DNA of 64,000 nucleotides from Leptogorgia sarmentosa (lineage: Eukaryota), in assembly GCA_964658305.1 (NCBI GenBank), contig OZ210885.1:14322001-14386000 (forward strand), read 5' to 3'. The position numbers were made by a program, and so were the translations under genes. Every line of letters starts with the position of its first letter. Positions within the stretch are counted from its first letter, which is position 1. Shown one piece after another: positions 42,201-55,300 of the stretch. Under the pieces are notes generated by a model that made no database searches, had not been told where the DNA came from, and saw only the letters and a program-made list of their open reading frames with translations.

Positions 42201-45200
42201 CAAAATTTCACCACATTTATCCAACCTTGATAAATTAAACGCCACTTTGTCAATGACTCAAAAACCAAGGTTGCTTCTTCATATATCACTGTTATTAACA
42301 GTGGTAGAGAAGTTGGTTTATAGCAAAATATCACCACATTTAACCAACCTTAATCAATTAAACGCCACATCATCAATGACTAAAAAAAACAAGGTTGCTT
42401 CTTCATATAACACTGTTATGAAGGGTGTTAGAGAAGTTGGTTAAATTATAGCAAAATTTCACCAGATTTAACCAACCTTGATAAATTAAACGCCACATCG
42501 TCAATGACTCAAAAAAACAAGGTTGCTTTTTTATGAAGGGTGTTAGAGAATTTGGGTAAATTATAGCAAAATTTCACCACATTTATCCAACCTTGATAAA
42601 TTAAACGCCACATTGTCAATGACTCAAAAAACAAGGTTGCTTCTTCATATATCACTGTTTTGAAGGGTGTTAGAGAAGTTGGTTTAAATAAAGCAACATT
42701 TCACCACATTTAACCAACCTTGATAAATTAAACGCCACATTGTCAATGACTCAAAAAAACAAGGTTACTTCTTCATATAACACTGTTATGAAGGGTGTTG
42801 GAGAAGTTGGTTAAATTATAGCAAAATTTCACCACATTTAACCAACCTTGATAAATTAAACGGCACACTGTGAATGACTAAAAAAAACAAGGTTGTTTCT
42901 TCATATATCACTGTTATGAAGGGTGTTAGAGTAGTTGGTTTATAGCAAAATTTCACCACATTTAACCAACCTTGATCAATTAAACGCCACATTGTCAATG
43001 ACTCAAAAAAACAAGGTTGCTTTTTTATGCAGGGTGTTAGAGAAGTTGGTTAAATTATAGCAAAATTTCACCACATTTAACCAACCTTGATAAATTAAAT
43101 GCCACATCGTCAATGACTAAAAAAAACAAGGTTGCTTTTTTATGAAAGGTGTTAGAGAAGTTGGTTAAATTATAGCAAAATTTCACAACATTTATCAAAC
43201 CTTGATAAATTAAATGCCACATTGTCAATGACTCAAAAAACAAGGTTACTTCTTCATATAACACTGTTATGAAGGGTGTTAGAGAAGTTGGTTAAATTAT
43301 AGCAAAATTTCACCACATTTAACCAACCTTGATAAATTAAATGCCACATCGTCAATGACTCAAAAAAACAAGGTTGCTTTATTATGAAGGGTGTTAGAGA
43401 ATTTGGGTAAATTATAGCAAAATTTCACCACATTTATCCAACCTTGATAAATTAAACGCCACTTTGTCAATGACTCAAAAAACAAGGTTGCTTCTTCATA
43501 TATCACTGTTATTAACAGTGTTAGAGAAGTTGGTTTAAATGTAGCAAAATTTCACCACATTTATCAAACCTTGATAAATTAAATGCCACATTGTCAATGA
43601 CTAAAAAAAACAACGTTGCTTTTTTATGAAGGGTGTTAGAGAAGTTGGTTAAATTATAGGAAAATTTCACCACATTTAACCAACCTTGATAAATTAAATG
43701 CCACATTGTCAATGACTCAAAAAAACAAGGTTGCTTCTTTATATATCACTGTTATGAAGGGTGTTGGAGAAGTTGGTTAAATTATAGCAAAATTTCACCA
43801 CATTTAACCAACCTTGATAAATTAAACGCCACATCGTGAATGACTAAAAAAAACAAGGTTGTTTCTTCATATATCACTGTTATGAAGGGTGTTAGAGAAG
43901 TTGGTTTAAATATAGCAAAATTTCACCACATTTATCAAACCTTGATAAATTAAACGCCACATCATCAATGACTCAAAAAAACAAGGTTGCTTTTTTATGA
44001 AAGCTGTTAGAGAAGTTGGTTAAATTATAGCAAAATTTCACCACATTTAACCAACCTTGATAAATTAAATGCCACATTGTCAATGACTCAAAAAAACAAG
44101 GTTGCTTCTTCATATATCACTGTTATGAAGGGTGTTGGAGAAGTTGGTTAAATTATAGCAAAATTTCACGACATTTAACCAACCTTGATAAATTAAATGC
44201 CACATGGTCAATGACTCAAAAAAACAAGGTTGCTTCTTCATATATCACTGTTATGAAGGGTGTTAGAGAAGTTGGTTAAAATATACCAAAATTTCACCAC
44301 ATTTAACCAACGTTGATAAATTAAATGCCACATCGTCAATGACTCAAAAAAACAAGGTTGCTTTTTTATGAAAGGTGTTAGAGAAGTTGGTTAAATGATA
44401 GCAAAATTTCACCACATTTAACCAACCTTGATAAATTAAATGCCACATCGTCAATGACTAAAAAAAACAAGGTTGCTTTTTTATGAAAGGTGTTAGAGAA
44501 GTTGGTTAAATTATAGCAAAATTTCACCACATTTATCAAACCTTGATAAATTAAATGCCACATTGTCAATGACTCAAAAAACAAGGTTGCTTCTTCATAT
44601 ATCACTGTTATTAACAGTGTTAGAGTAGTTGGTTTATAGCAAAATTTCACCACATTTAACCAACCTTGATAAATTAAACGCCACATCATCAATGACTCAA
44701 AAAAACAAGGTTGCTTTTTTATGAAGGGTGTTAGAGAAGTTGGGTAAATTATAGCAAAATTTCACCACATTTAACCAACCTTGATAAATTAAATGCCACA
44801 TCGTCAATGACTAAAAAAAACAAGGTTGCTTTTTTATGAAAGGTGTTAGAGAAGTTGGTTAAATTATAGCAAAATTTCACCACATTTATCAAACCTTGAT
44901 AAATTAAATGCCACATTGTCAATGACTCAAAAAACAAGGTTGCTTCTTCATATATCACTGTTATTAACAGTGTTAGAGTAGTTGGTTTATAGCAAAATTT
45001 CACCACATTTAACCAACCTTGATAAATTAAACGCCACATCATCAATGACTCAAAAAAACAAGGTTGCTTTTTTATGAAGGGTGTTAGAGAATTTGGGTAA
45101 ATTATAGCAAAATTTCACCACATTTATCCAACCTTGATAAATTAAACGCCACTTTGTCAATGACTCAAAAAACAAGGTTGCTTCTTCATATATCACTGTT

Positions 45201-48200
45201 ATGAAGGGTGTTAGAGAAGTTGGTTTAAATAAAGCAACATTTCACCACATTTAACCAACCTTGATAAATTAAACGCCACATTGTCAATGACTCAAAAAAA
45301 CAAGGTTACTTCTTCATATAACACTGTTATGAAGGGTGTTAGAGAAGTTGGTTAAATTATAGCAAAATTTCACCACATTTAACCAACCTTGATAAATTAA
45401 ACGGCACACTGTGAATGACTAAAAAAAACAAGGTTGCTTCTTCATATATCACTGTTATGAAGGGTGTTAGAGTAGTTGGTTTATAGCAAAATTTCACCAC
45501 ATTTAACCAACCTTGATAAATTAAATGCCACATTGTCAATGACTCAAAAAAACAAGGTTGCTTCTTTATATATCACTGTTATGAAGGGTGTTGGAGAAGT
45601 TGGTTAAATTATAGCAAAATTTCACCACATTTAACCAACCTTGATAAATTAAACGCCACATCGTGAATGACTAAAAAAAACAAGGTTGTTTCTTCATATA
45701 TCACTGTTATGAAGGGTGTTAGAGAAGTTGGTTTAAATATAGCAAAATTTCACCACATTTAACCAACCTTGATAAATTAAACGCCACATTGTCAATCACT
45801 AAAAAAAACAAGGTTGCTTCTTCATATATCACTGTTATGAAGGGTGTTAGAGAAGTTGGTTTAAATATAGCAAAATTTCACCACATTTAACCACCCTTGA
45901 TCAATTAAACGCCACATTGTCAATGACTCAAAAAAACAAGGTTGCTTTTTTATGAAGGGTGTTAGAGAAGTTGGTTAAATTATAGCAAAATTTCACCACA
46001 TTTAACCAACCTTGATAAATTAAATGCCACATCGTCAATGACTAAAAAAAACAAGGTTGCTTTTTTATGAAAGGTGTTAGAGAAGTTGGTTAAATTATAG
46101 CAAAATTTCACCACATTTATCAAACCTTGATAAATTAAATGCCACATTGTCAATGACTCAAAAAACAAGGTTGCTTCTTCATATATCACTGTTATTAACA
46201 GTGTTAGAGTAGTTGGTTTATAGCAAAATTTCACCACATTTAACCAACCTTGATAAATTAAACGCCACATCATCAATGACTCAAAAAAACAAGGTTGCTT
46301 TTTTATGAAGGGTGTTAGAGAAGTTGGTTAAATTATAGCAAAATTTCACCACATTTAACCAACCTTGATAAATGAAATGCCACATCGTCAATGACTAAAA
46401 AAAACAAGGTTGCTTTTTTATGAAAGGTGTTAGAGAAGTTGGTTAAATTATAGCAAAATTTCACCACATTTATCAAACCTTGATAAATTAAATGCCACAT
46501 TGTCAATGACTCAAAAAACAAGGTTGCTTCTTCATATATCACTGTTATTAACAGTGTTAGAGTAGTTGGTTTATAGCAAAATTTCACCACATTTAACCAA
46601 CCTTGATAAATTAAACGCCACATCATCAATGACTCAAAAAAACAAGGTTGCTTTTTTATGAAGGGTGTTAGAGAATTTGGGTAAATTATAGCAAAATTTC
46701 ACCACATTTATCCAACCTTGATAAATTAAACGCCACTTTGTCAATGACTCAAAAACCAAGGTTGCTTCTTCATATATCACTGTTATTAACAGTGGTAGAG
46801 AAGTTGGTTTATAGCAAAATATCACCACATTTAACCAACCTTAATCAATTAAACGCCACATCATCAATGACTAAAAAAAACAAGGTTGCTTCTTCATATA
46901 ACACTGTTATGAAGGGTGTTAGAGAAGTTGGTTAAATTATAGCAAAATTTCACCACATTTAACCAACCTTGATAAATTAAACGCCACATCGTCAATGACT
47001 CAAAAAAACAAGGTTGCTTTTTTATGAAGGGTGTTAGAGAATTTGGGTAAATTATAGCAAAATTTCACCACATTTATCCAACCTTGATAAATTAAACGCC
47101 ACATTGTCAATGACTCAAAAAACAAGGTTGCTTCTTCATATATCACTGTTATGAAGGGTGTTAGAGAAGTTGGTTTAAATAAAGCAACATTTCACCACAT
47201 TTAACCAACCTTGATAAATTAAACGCCACATTGTCAATGACTCAAAAAAACAAGGTTACTTCTTCATATAACACTGTTATGAAGGGTGTTGGAGAAGTTG
47301 GTTAAATTATAGCAAAATTTCACCACATTTAACCAACCTTGATAAATTAAACGGCACACTGTGAATGACTAAAAAAAACAAGGTTGTTTCTTCATATATC
47401 ACTGTTATGAAGGGTGTTAGAGTAGTTGGTTTATAGCAAAATTTCACCACATTTAACCAACCTTGATCAATTAAACGCCACATTGTCAATGACTCAAAAA
47501 AACAAGGTTGCTTTTTTATGCAGGGTGTTAGAGAAGTTGGTTAAATTATAGCAAAATTTCACCACATTTAACCAACCTTGATAAATTAAATGCCACATCG
47601 TCAATGACTAAAAAAAACAAGGTTGCTTTTTTATGAAAGGTGTTAGAGAAGTTGGTTAAATTATAGCAAAATTTCACAACATTTATCAAACCTTGATAAA
47701 TTAAATGCCACATTGTCAATGACTCAAAAAACAATGTTGCTTCTTCATATATCACTGTTATTAACAGTGTTAGAGTAGTTGGTTTATAGCAAAATTTCAC
47801 CACATTTAACCAACCTTGATAAATTAAACGCCACATCATCAATGACTCAAAAAAACAAGGTTGCTTTATTATGAAGGGTGTTAGAGAATTTGGGTAAATT
47901 ATAGCAAAATTTCACCACATTTATCCAACCTTGATAAATTAAACGCCACATTGTCAATGACTCAAAAAACAAGGTTGCTTCTTCACATATCACTGTTACT
48001 AACGGTGTAAGAGAAGTTGGTTTATAGCAAAATATCACCACATTAAACCAACCTTAATCAATTAAACGCCACATCATCAATGACTAAAAAAAAACAAGGT
48101 TACTTCTTCATATAACACTGTTATGAAGGGTGTTAGAGAAGTTGGTTAAATTATAGCAAAATTTCACCACATTTAACCAACCTTGATAAATTAAATGCCA

Positions 48201-49312
48201 CATCGTCAATGACTCAAAAAAACAAGGTTGCTTTATTATGAAGGGTGTTAGAGAATTTGGGTAAATTATAGCAAAATTTCACCACATTTATCCAACCTTG
48301 ATAAATTAAACGCCACTTTGTCAATGACTCAAAAAACAAGGTTGCTTCTTCATATATCACTGTTATTAACAGTGTTAGAGAAGTTGGTTTAAATATAGCA
48401 AAATTTCACCACATTTATCAAACCTTGATAAATTAAATGCCACATTGTCAATGACTAAAAAAAACAACGTTGCTTTTTTATGAAGGGTGTTAGAGAAGTT
48501 GGTTAAATTATAGGAAAATTTCACCACATTTAACCAACCTTGATAAATTAAATGCCACATTGTCAATGACTCAAAAAAACAAGGTTGCTTCTTTATATAT
48601 CACTGTTATGAAGGGTGTTGGAGAAGTTGGTTAAATTATAGCAAAATTTCACCACATTTAACCAACCTTGATAAATTAAACGCCACATCGTGAATGACTA
48701 AAAAAAACAAGGTTGTTTCTTCATATATCACTGTTATGAAGGGTGTTAGAGAAGTTGGTTTAAATATAGCAAAATTTCACCACATTTATCAAACCTTGAT
48801 AAATTAAACGCCACATCATCAATGACTCAAAAAAACAAGGTTGCTTTTTTATGAAAGCTGTTAGAGAAGTTGGTTAAATTATAGCAAAATTTCACCACAT
48901 TTAACCAACCTTGATAAATTAAATGCCACATTGTCAATGACTCAAAAAAACAAGGTTGCTTCTTCATATATCACTGTTATGAAGGGTGTTGGAGAAGTTG
49001 GTTAAATTATAGCAAAATTTCACGACATTTAACCAACCTTGATAAATTAAATGCCACATGGTCAATGACTCAAAAAAACAAGGTTGCTTCTTCATATATC
49101 ACTGTTATGAAGGGTGTTAGAGAAGTTGGTTAAAATATACCAAAATTTCACCACATTTAACCAACGTTGATAAATTAAATGCCACATCGTCAATGACTCA
49201 AAAAAACAAGGTTGCTTTTTTATGAAAGGTGTTAGAGAAGTTGGTTAAATGATAGCAAAATTTCACCACATTTAACCAACCTTGATAAATTAAATGCCAC
49301 ATCGTCAATGAC
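36277..49312 (+). repeat. Three degenerate copies of a 4.4-4.7 kb unit (offsets 4713/4350 and 9204)
   Basis: ORF offsets are 37129->41842, 38103->42816 and 38342->43055 = 4713; 39171->43521 and 40399->44749 = 4350; 36776->45980 through 39171->48375 = 9204. Private marks aatCact (36593/45797) and aaatGaaat (37170/46374) confirm the 9204 offset. Confidence 0.85.
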
Positions 49313-52300
49313 TAAAAAAAACAAGGTTGCTTTTTTATGAAAGCTGTTAGAGAAGTTGGTTAAATTATAGCAAAATTTCACCACATTTATCAAACCTTGA
49401 TAAATTAAATGCCACATCATCAATGACTCAAAAAAACAAGGTTGCTTTTTTATGAAAGCTGTTAGAGAAGTTGGTTAAATTATAGCAAAATTTCACCACA
49501 TTTAACCAACCTTGATAAATTAAATGCCACATTGTCAATGACTCAAAAAAACAAGGTTGCTTCTTCATATATCACTGTTATGAAGGGTGTTGGAGAAGTT
49601 GGTTAAATTATAGCAAAATTTCACCACATTTAACCAACCTTGATAAATTAAATGCCACATGGTCAATGACTCAAAAAAACAAGGTTGCTTCTTCATATAT
49701 CACTGTTATGAAGGGTGTTAGAGAAGTTGGTTAAAATATACCAAAATTTCACCACATTTAACCAACCTTGATAAATTAAATGCCACATCGTCAATGACTC
49801 AAAAAAACAAGGTTGCTTGTTCATATATCACTGTTATGAAGGGTGTTAGAGAAGTTCGTTAAAATATAGCAACATTTCGCCACATTGAACCAACCTTGAT
49901 AAATTAAACGCCACATTGTCAATGACTCAAAAAACAAGGTTGCTTCTTCATATATCACTGTTATTAACAGTGTTAGAGAAGTTGGTTTAAATATAGCAAA
50001 ATTTCACCACATTTAACCAACCTTGATAAATTAAACGCCAACATTGTCAATGACTCAAAAAAACAAGGTTGCTTCTTCATATATCACTGTTATGAAGGGT
50101 GTTGGAGAAGTTGGTTAAATTATAGCAAAATTTCACCACATTAAACCAACCTTGATAAATTAAACGCCACATCATCAATGACTCAAAAAAACAAGGTTGC
50201 TTTTTTATGAAGGGTGTTAGAGAAGTTGGTTAAATTATAGCAAAATTTCATCACATTTAACCAACCTTGATAAATTAAACGCCACATTGTGAATGACTCA
50301 AAAAAACAAGGTTGCTTCTTCATATATCACTGTTATGAAGGGTGTTGGAGAAGTTGGTTAAATTATAGCAAAATTTCACCACATTCATCAAACCTTGATA
50401 AATTAAATGCCACATTGTCAATGACTCAAAAAACAAGGTTCCTTCTTCATATATCACTGTTATTAACAGTGTTAGAGTAGTTGGTTTATAGCAAAATTTC
50501 ACCACATTTAACCAACCTTGATAAATTAAACGCCACATCATCAATGACTCAAAAAAACAAGGTTGCTTTTTTATGAAGGGTGTTAGAGAATTTGGGTAAA
50601 TTATAGCAAAATTTCACCACATTTATCCAACCTTCATAAATTAAACGCCACTTTGTCAATGACTCAAAAAACAAGGTTGCTTCTTCATATATCACTGTTA
50701 TTAACAGTGTTAGAGAAGTTGGTTTAAATATAGCAAAATTTCACCACATTTAACCAACCTTGATAAATTAAACGCCACATTGTCAATGACTAAAAAAAAC
50801 AAGGTTGCTTTTTTATGAAGGGTGTTAGAGAAGTTGGTTAAATAAAGCAACATTTCACCACATTTAACCAACCTTGATAAATTAAACGCCACATTGTCAA
50901 TGACTCAAAAAACAAGGTTGCTTCTTCACATATCACTGTTACTAACGGTGTAAGAGAAGTTGGTTTATAGCAAAATATCACCACATTTAACCAACCTTGA
51001 TAAATTAAACGCCACATCATCAATGACTAAAAAAAACAAGGTTACTTCTTCATATAACACTGTTATGAAGGGTGTTAGAGAAGTTGGTTAAATTATAGCA
51101 AAATTTCACCACATTTAACCAACCTTGATAAATTAAACGCCACATCGTCAATGACTAAAAAAAACAAGGTTGCTTGTTTATGAAAGGTGTTAGAGAAGTT
51201 GGTTAAATTATAGCAAAATTTCACCACATTTATCCAACCTTGATAAATTAAACGGCACATTGTCAATGACTCAAAAAACAAGGTTGCTTCTTCATATATC
51301 ACTGTTATGAAGGGTGTTGGAGAAGTTGGTTAAATTATAGCAAAATTTCACCACATTTAACCAACCTTGATAAATTAAACGCCACACTGTGAATGACTAA
51401 AAAAAACAAGGTTGCTTCTTCATATATCACTGTTATGAAGGGTGTTAGAGAAGTTGGTTTAAATATAGCAAAATTTCACCACATTTAACCACCCTTGATC
51501 AATTAAACGCCACATTGTCAATGACTCAAAAAAACAAGGTTGCTTTTTTATGAAGGGTGTTAGAGAAGTTGGTTAAATTATAGCAAAATTTCACCACATT
51601 TAACCAACCTTGATAAATTAAATGCCACATCGTCAATGACTAAAAAAAACAAGGTTGCTTTTTTATGAAAGGTGTTAGAGAAGTTGGTTAAATTATAGCA
51701 AAATTTCACCACATTTATCAAACCTTGATAAATTAAATGCCACATTGTCAATGACTCAAAAAACAAGGTTGCTTCTTCATATATCACTGTTATTAACAGT
51801 GTTAGAGTAGTTGGTTTATAGCAAAATTTCACCACATTTAACCAACGTTGATAAATTAAACGCCACATCATCAATGACTCAAAAAAACAAGGTTGCTTTT
51901 TTATGAAGGGTGTTAGAGAATTTGGGTAAATTATAGCAAAATTTCACCACATTTATCCAACCTTGATAAATTAAACGCCACTTTGTCAATGACTCAAAAA
52001 ACAAGGTTGCTTCTTCATATATCACTGTTATTAACAGTGTTAGAGAAGTTGGTTTAAATATAGCAAAATTTCACCACATTTAACCAACCTTGATAAATTA
52101 AACGCCACATTGTCAATGACTAAAAAAAACAAGGTTGCTTTTTTATGAAGGGTGTTAGAGAAGTTGGTTAAATTAGAGCAAAATTTCACCACATTTAACC
52201 AACCTTGATAAATTAAATGCCACATTGTGAATGACTCAAAAAAACAAGGTTGCTTCTTCATATATCACTGTTATGAAGGGTGTTAGAGAAGTTGGTTTAA

Positions 52301-55300
52301 ATAAAGCAACATTTCACCACATTTAACCAACCTTGGTAAATTAAACGCCACATCATCAATGACTAAAAAAAACAAGGTTACTTCTTCATATGACACTGTT
52401 ATGAAGGGTGTTAGAGAAGTTGGTTAAATTATAGCAAAATTTCACCACATTTATCCAACCTTGATAAATTAAACGGCACATTGTCAATGACTCAAAAAAC
52501 AAAGTTGCTTCTTCATATATCACTGTTATTAACGGTGTTAGACAAGTTGATTTAAATATAGCAAAATTTCACCACATTTAACCAACCTTGATAAATTAAA
52601 CGCCACATCATCGACTCAAAAAAACAAGGTTGCTTTTTTATGAAGGGTGTTAGAGAATTTGGGTAAATTATAGCAAAATTTCACCACATTTATCCAACCT
52701 TGATAAATTAAAGGCCACATTGTCAATGACTCAAAAAACAAGGTTGCTTCTTCACATATCACTGTTACTAACGGTGTTAGAGAAGTTGGTTTATAGCAAA
52801 ATATCACCACAGTTAACCAACCTTAATCAATTAAACGCCATATCATCAATGACTAAAAAAAACAAGGTTGCTTCTTCATATAACACTGTTATGAAGGGTG
52901 TTAGAGAAGTTGGTTAAATTATAGCAAAATTTCACCACATTTAACCAACCTTGATAAATTAAACGCCACACTGTGAATGACTAAAAAAAACAAGGTTGCT
53001 TCTTCATATATCACTGTTATGAAGGGTGTTAGAGAAGTTGGTTTAAATATAGCAAAATTTCACCACATTTAACCACCCTTGATCAATTAAACGCCACATT
53101 GTCAATGACTCAAAAAAACAAGGTTGCTTTTTTATGAAGGGTGTTAGAGAAGTTGGTTAAATTATAGCATAATTTCACCACATTTAACCAACCTTGATAA
53201 ATTAAATGCCACATCGTCAATGACTAAAAAAAACAAGGTTGCTTTTTTATGAAAGGTGTTAGAGAAGTTGGTTAAATTATAGCAAAATTTCACCACATTT
53301 ATCAAACCTTGATAAATTAAATGCCACATTGTCAATGACTCAAAAAACAAGGTTGCTTCTTCATATATCACTGTTATTAACAGTGTTAGAGTAGTTGGTT
53401 TATAGCAAAATTTCACCACATTTAACCAACCTTGATAAATTAAACGCCACATCATCAATGACTCAAAAAAACAAGGTTGCTTTTTTATGAAGGGTGTTAG
53501 AGAATTTGGGTAAATTATAGCAAAATTTCACCACATTTATCCAACCTTGATAAATTAAACGCCACTTTGTCAATGACTCAAAAAACAAGGTTGCTTCTTC
53601 ATATATCACTGTTATTAACAGTGTTAGAGAAGTTGGTTTAAATATAGCAAAATTTCACCACATTTAACCAACCTTGATAAATTAAACGCCACATTGTCAA
53701 TGACTCAAAAAAACAAGGTTGCTTTTTTATGAAGGGTGTTAGAGAAGTTGGTTAAATTATAGCAAAATTTCACCACATTTAACCAACCTTGATAAATTAA
53801 ATGCCACATTGTGAATGACTCAAAAAAACAAGGTTGCTTCTTCATATATCACTGTTATGAAGGGTGTTAGAGAAGTTGGTTTAAATAAAGCAACATTTCA
53901 CCACATTTAACCAACCTTGATAAATTAAACGCCACATTGTCAATGACTCAAAAAAACAAGGTTGCGTTTTTATGAAGGGTTTTAGAGAAGTTGGTTAAAT
54001 TATAGCAAAATTTCACCACATTTAACCAACCTTGATAAATTAAACGCCACATTGTGAATGACTAAAAAAAACAAGGTTGCTTCTTCATATATCACTGTTA
54101 TGAAGGGTGTTAGAGAAGTTGGTTTAAATAAAGCAACATTTCACCACATTTAACCAACCTTGATAAATTAAATGCCACATCGTCAATGACTAAAAAAAAC
54201 AAGGTTGCTTTTTTATGAAAGCTGTTAGAGAAGTTGGTTAAATTATAGCAAAATTTCACCACATTTATCAAACCTTGATAAATTAAACGCCACATCATCA
54301 ATGACTCAAAAAAACAAGGTTGCTTTTTTATGAAAGCTGTTAGAGAAGTTGGTTAAATTATAGCAAAATTTCACCACATTTAACCAACCTTGATAAATTA
54401 AATGCCACATTGTCAATGACTCAAAAAAACAAGGTTGCTTCTTCATATATCACTGTTATGAAGGGTGTTGGAGAAGTTGGTTAAATTATAGCAAAATTTC
54501 ACGACATTTAACCAACCTTGATAAATTAAATTCCACATGGTCAATGACTCAAAAAAACAAGGTTGCTTCTTCATATATCACTGTTATGAAGGGTGTTAGA
54601 GAAGTTGGTTAAAACATACCAAAATTTCACCACATTTAACCAACCTTGATAAATTAAATGCCACATCGTCAATGACTCAAAAAAACAAGGTTGCTTTTTT
54701 ATGAAAGGTGTTAGAGAAGTTGGTTAAATGATAGCAAAATTTCACCACATTTAACCAACCTTGATAAATTAAATGCCACATCGTCAATGACTAAAAAAAA
54801 CAAGGTTGCTTTTTTATGAAAGCTGTTAGAGAAGTTGGTTAAATTATAGCAAAATTTCACCACATTTATCAAACCTTGATAAATTAAACGCCACATCATC
54901 AATGACTCAAAAAAACAAGGTTGCTTTTTTATGAAAGCTGTTAGAGAAGTTGGTTAAATTATAGCAAAATTTCACCACATTTAACCAACCTTGATAAATT
55001 AAATGCCACATTGTCAATGACTCAAAAAAACAAGGTTGCTTCTTCATATATCACTGTTATGAAGGGTGTTGGAGAAGTTGGTTAAATTATAGCAAAATTT
55101 CACCACATTTAACCAACCTTGATAAATTAAATGCCACATGGTCAATGACTCAAAAAAACAAGGTTGCTTCTTCATATATCACTGTTATGAAGGGTGTTAG
55201 AGAAGTTGGTTAAAATATACCAAAATTTCACCACATTTAACCAACCTTGATAAATTAAATGCCACATCGTCAATGACTCAAAAAAACAAGGTTGCTTGTT

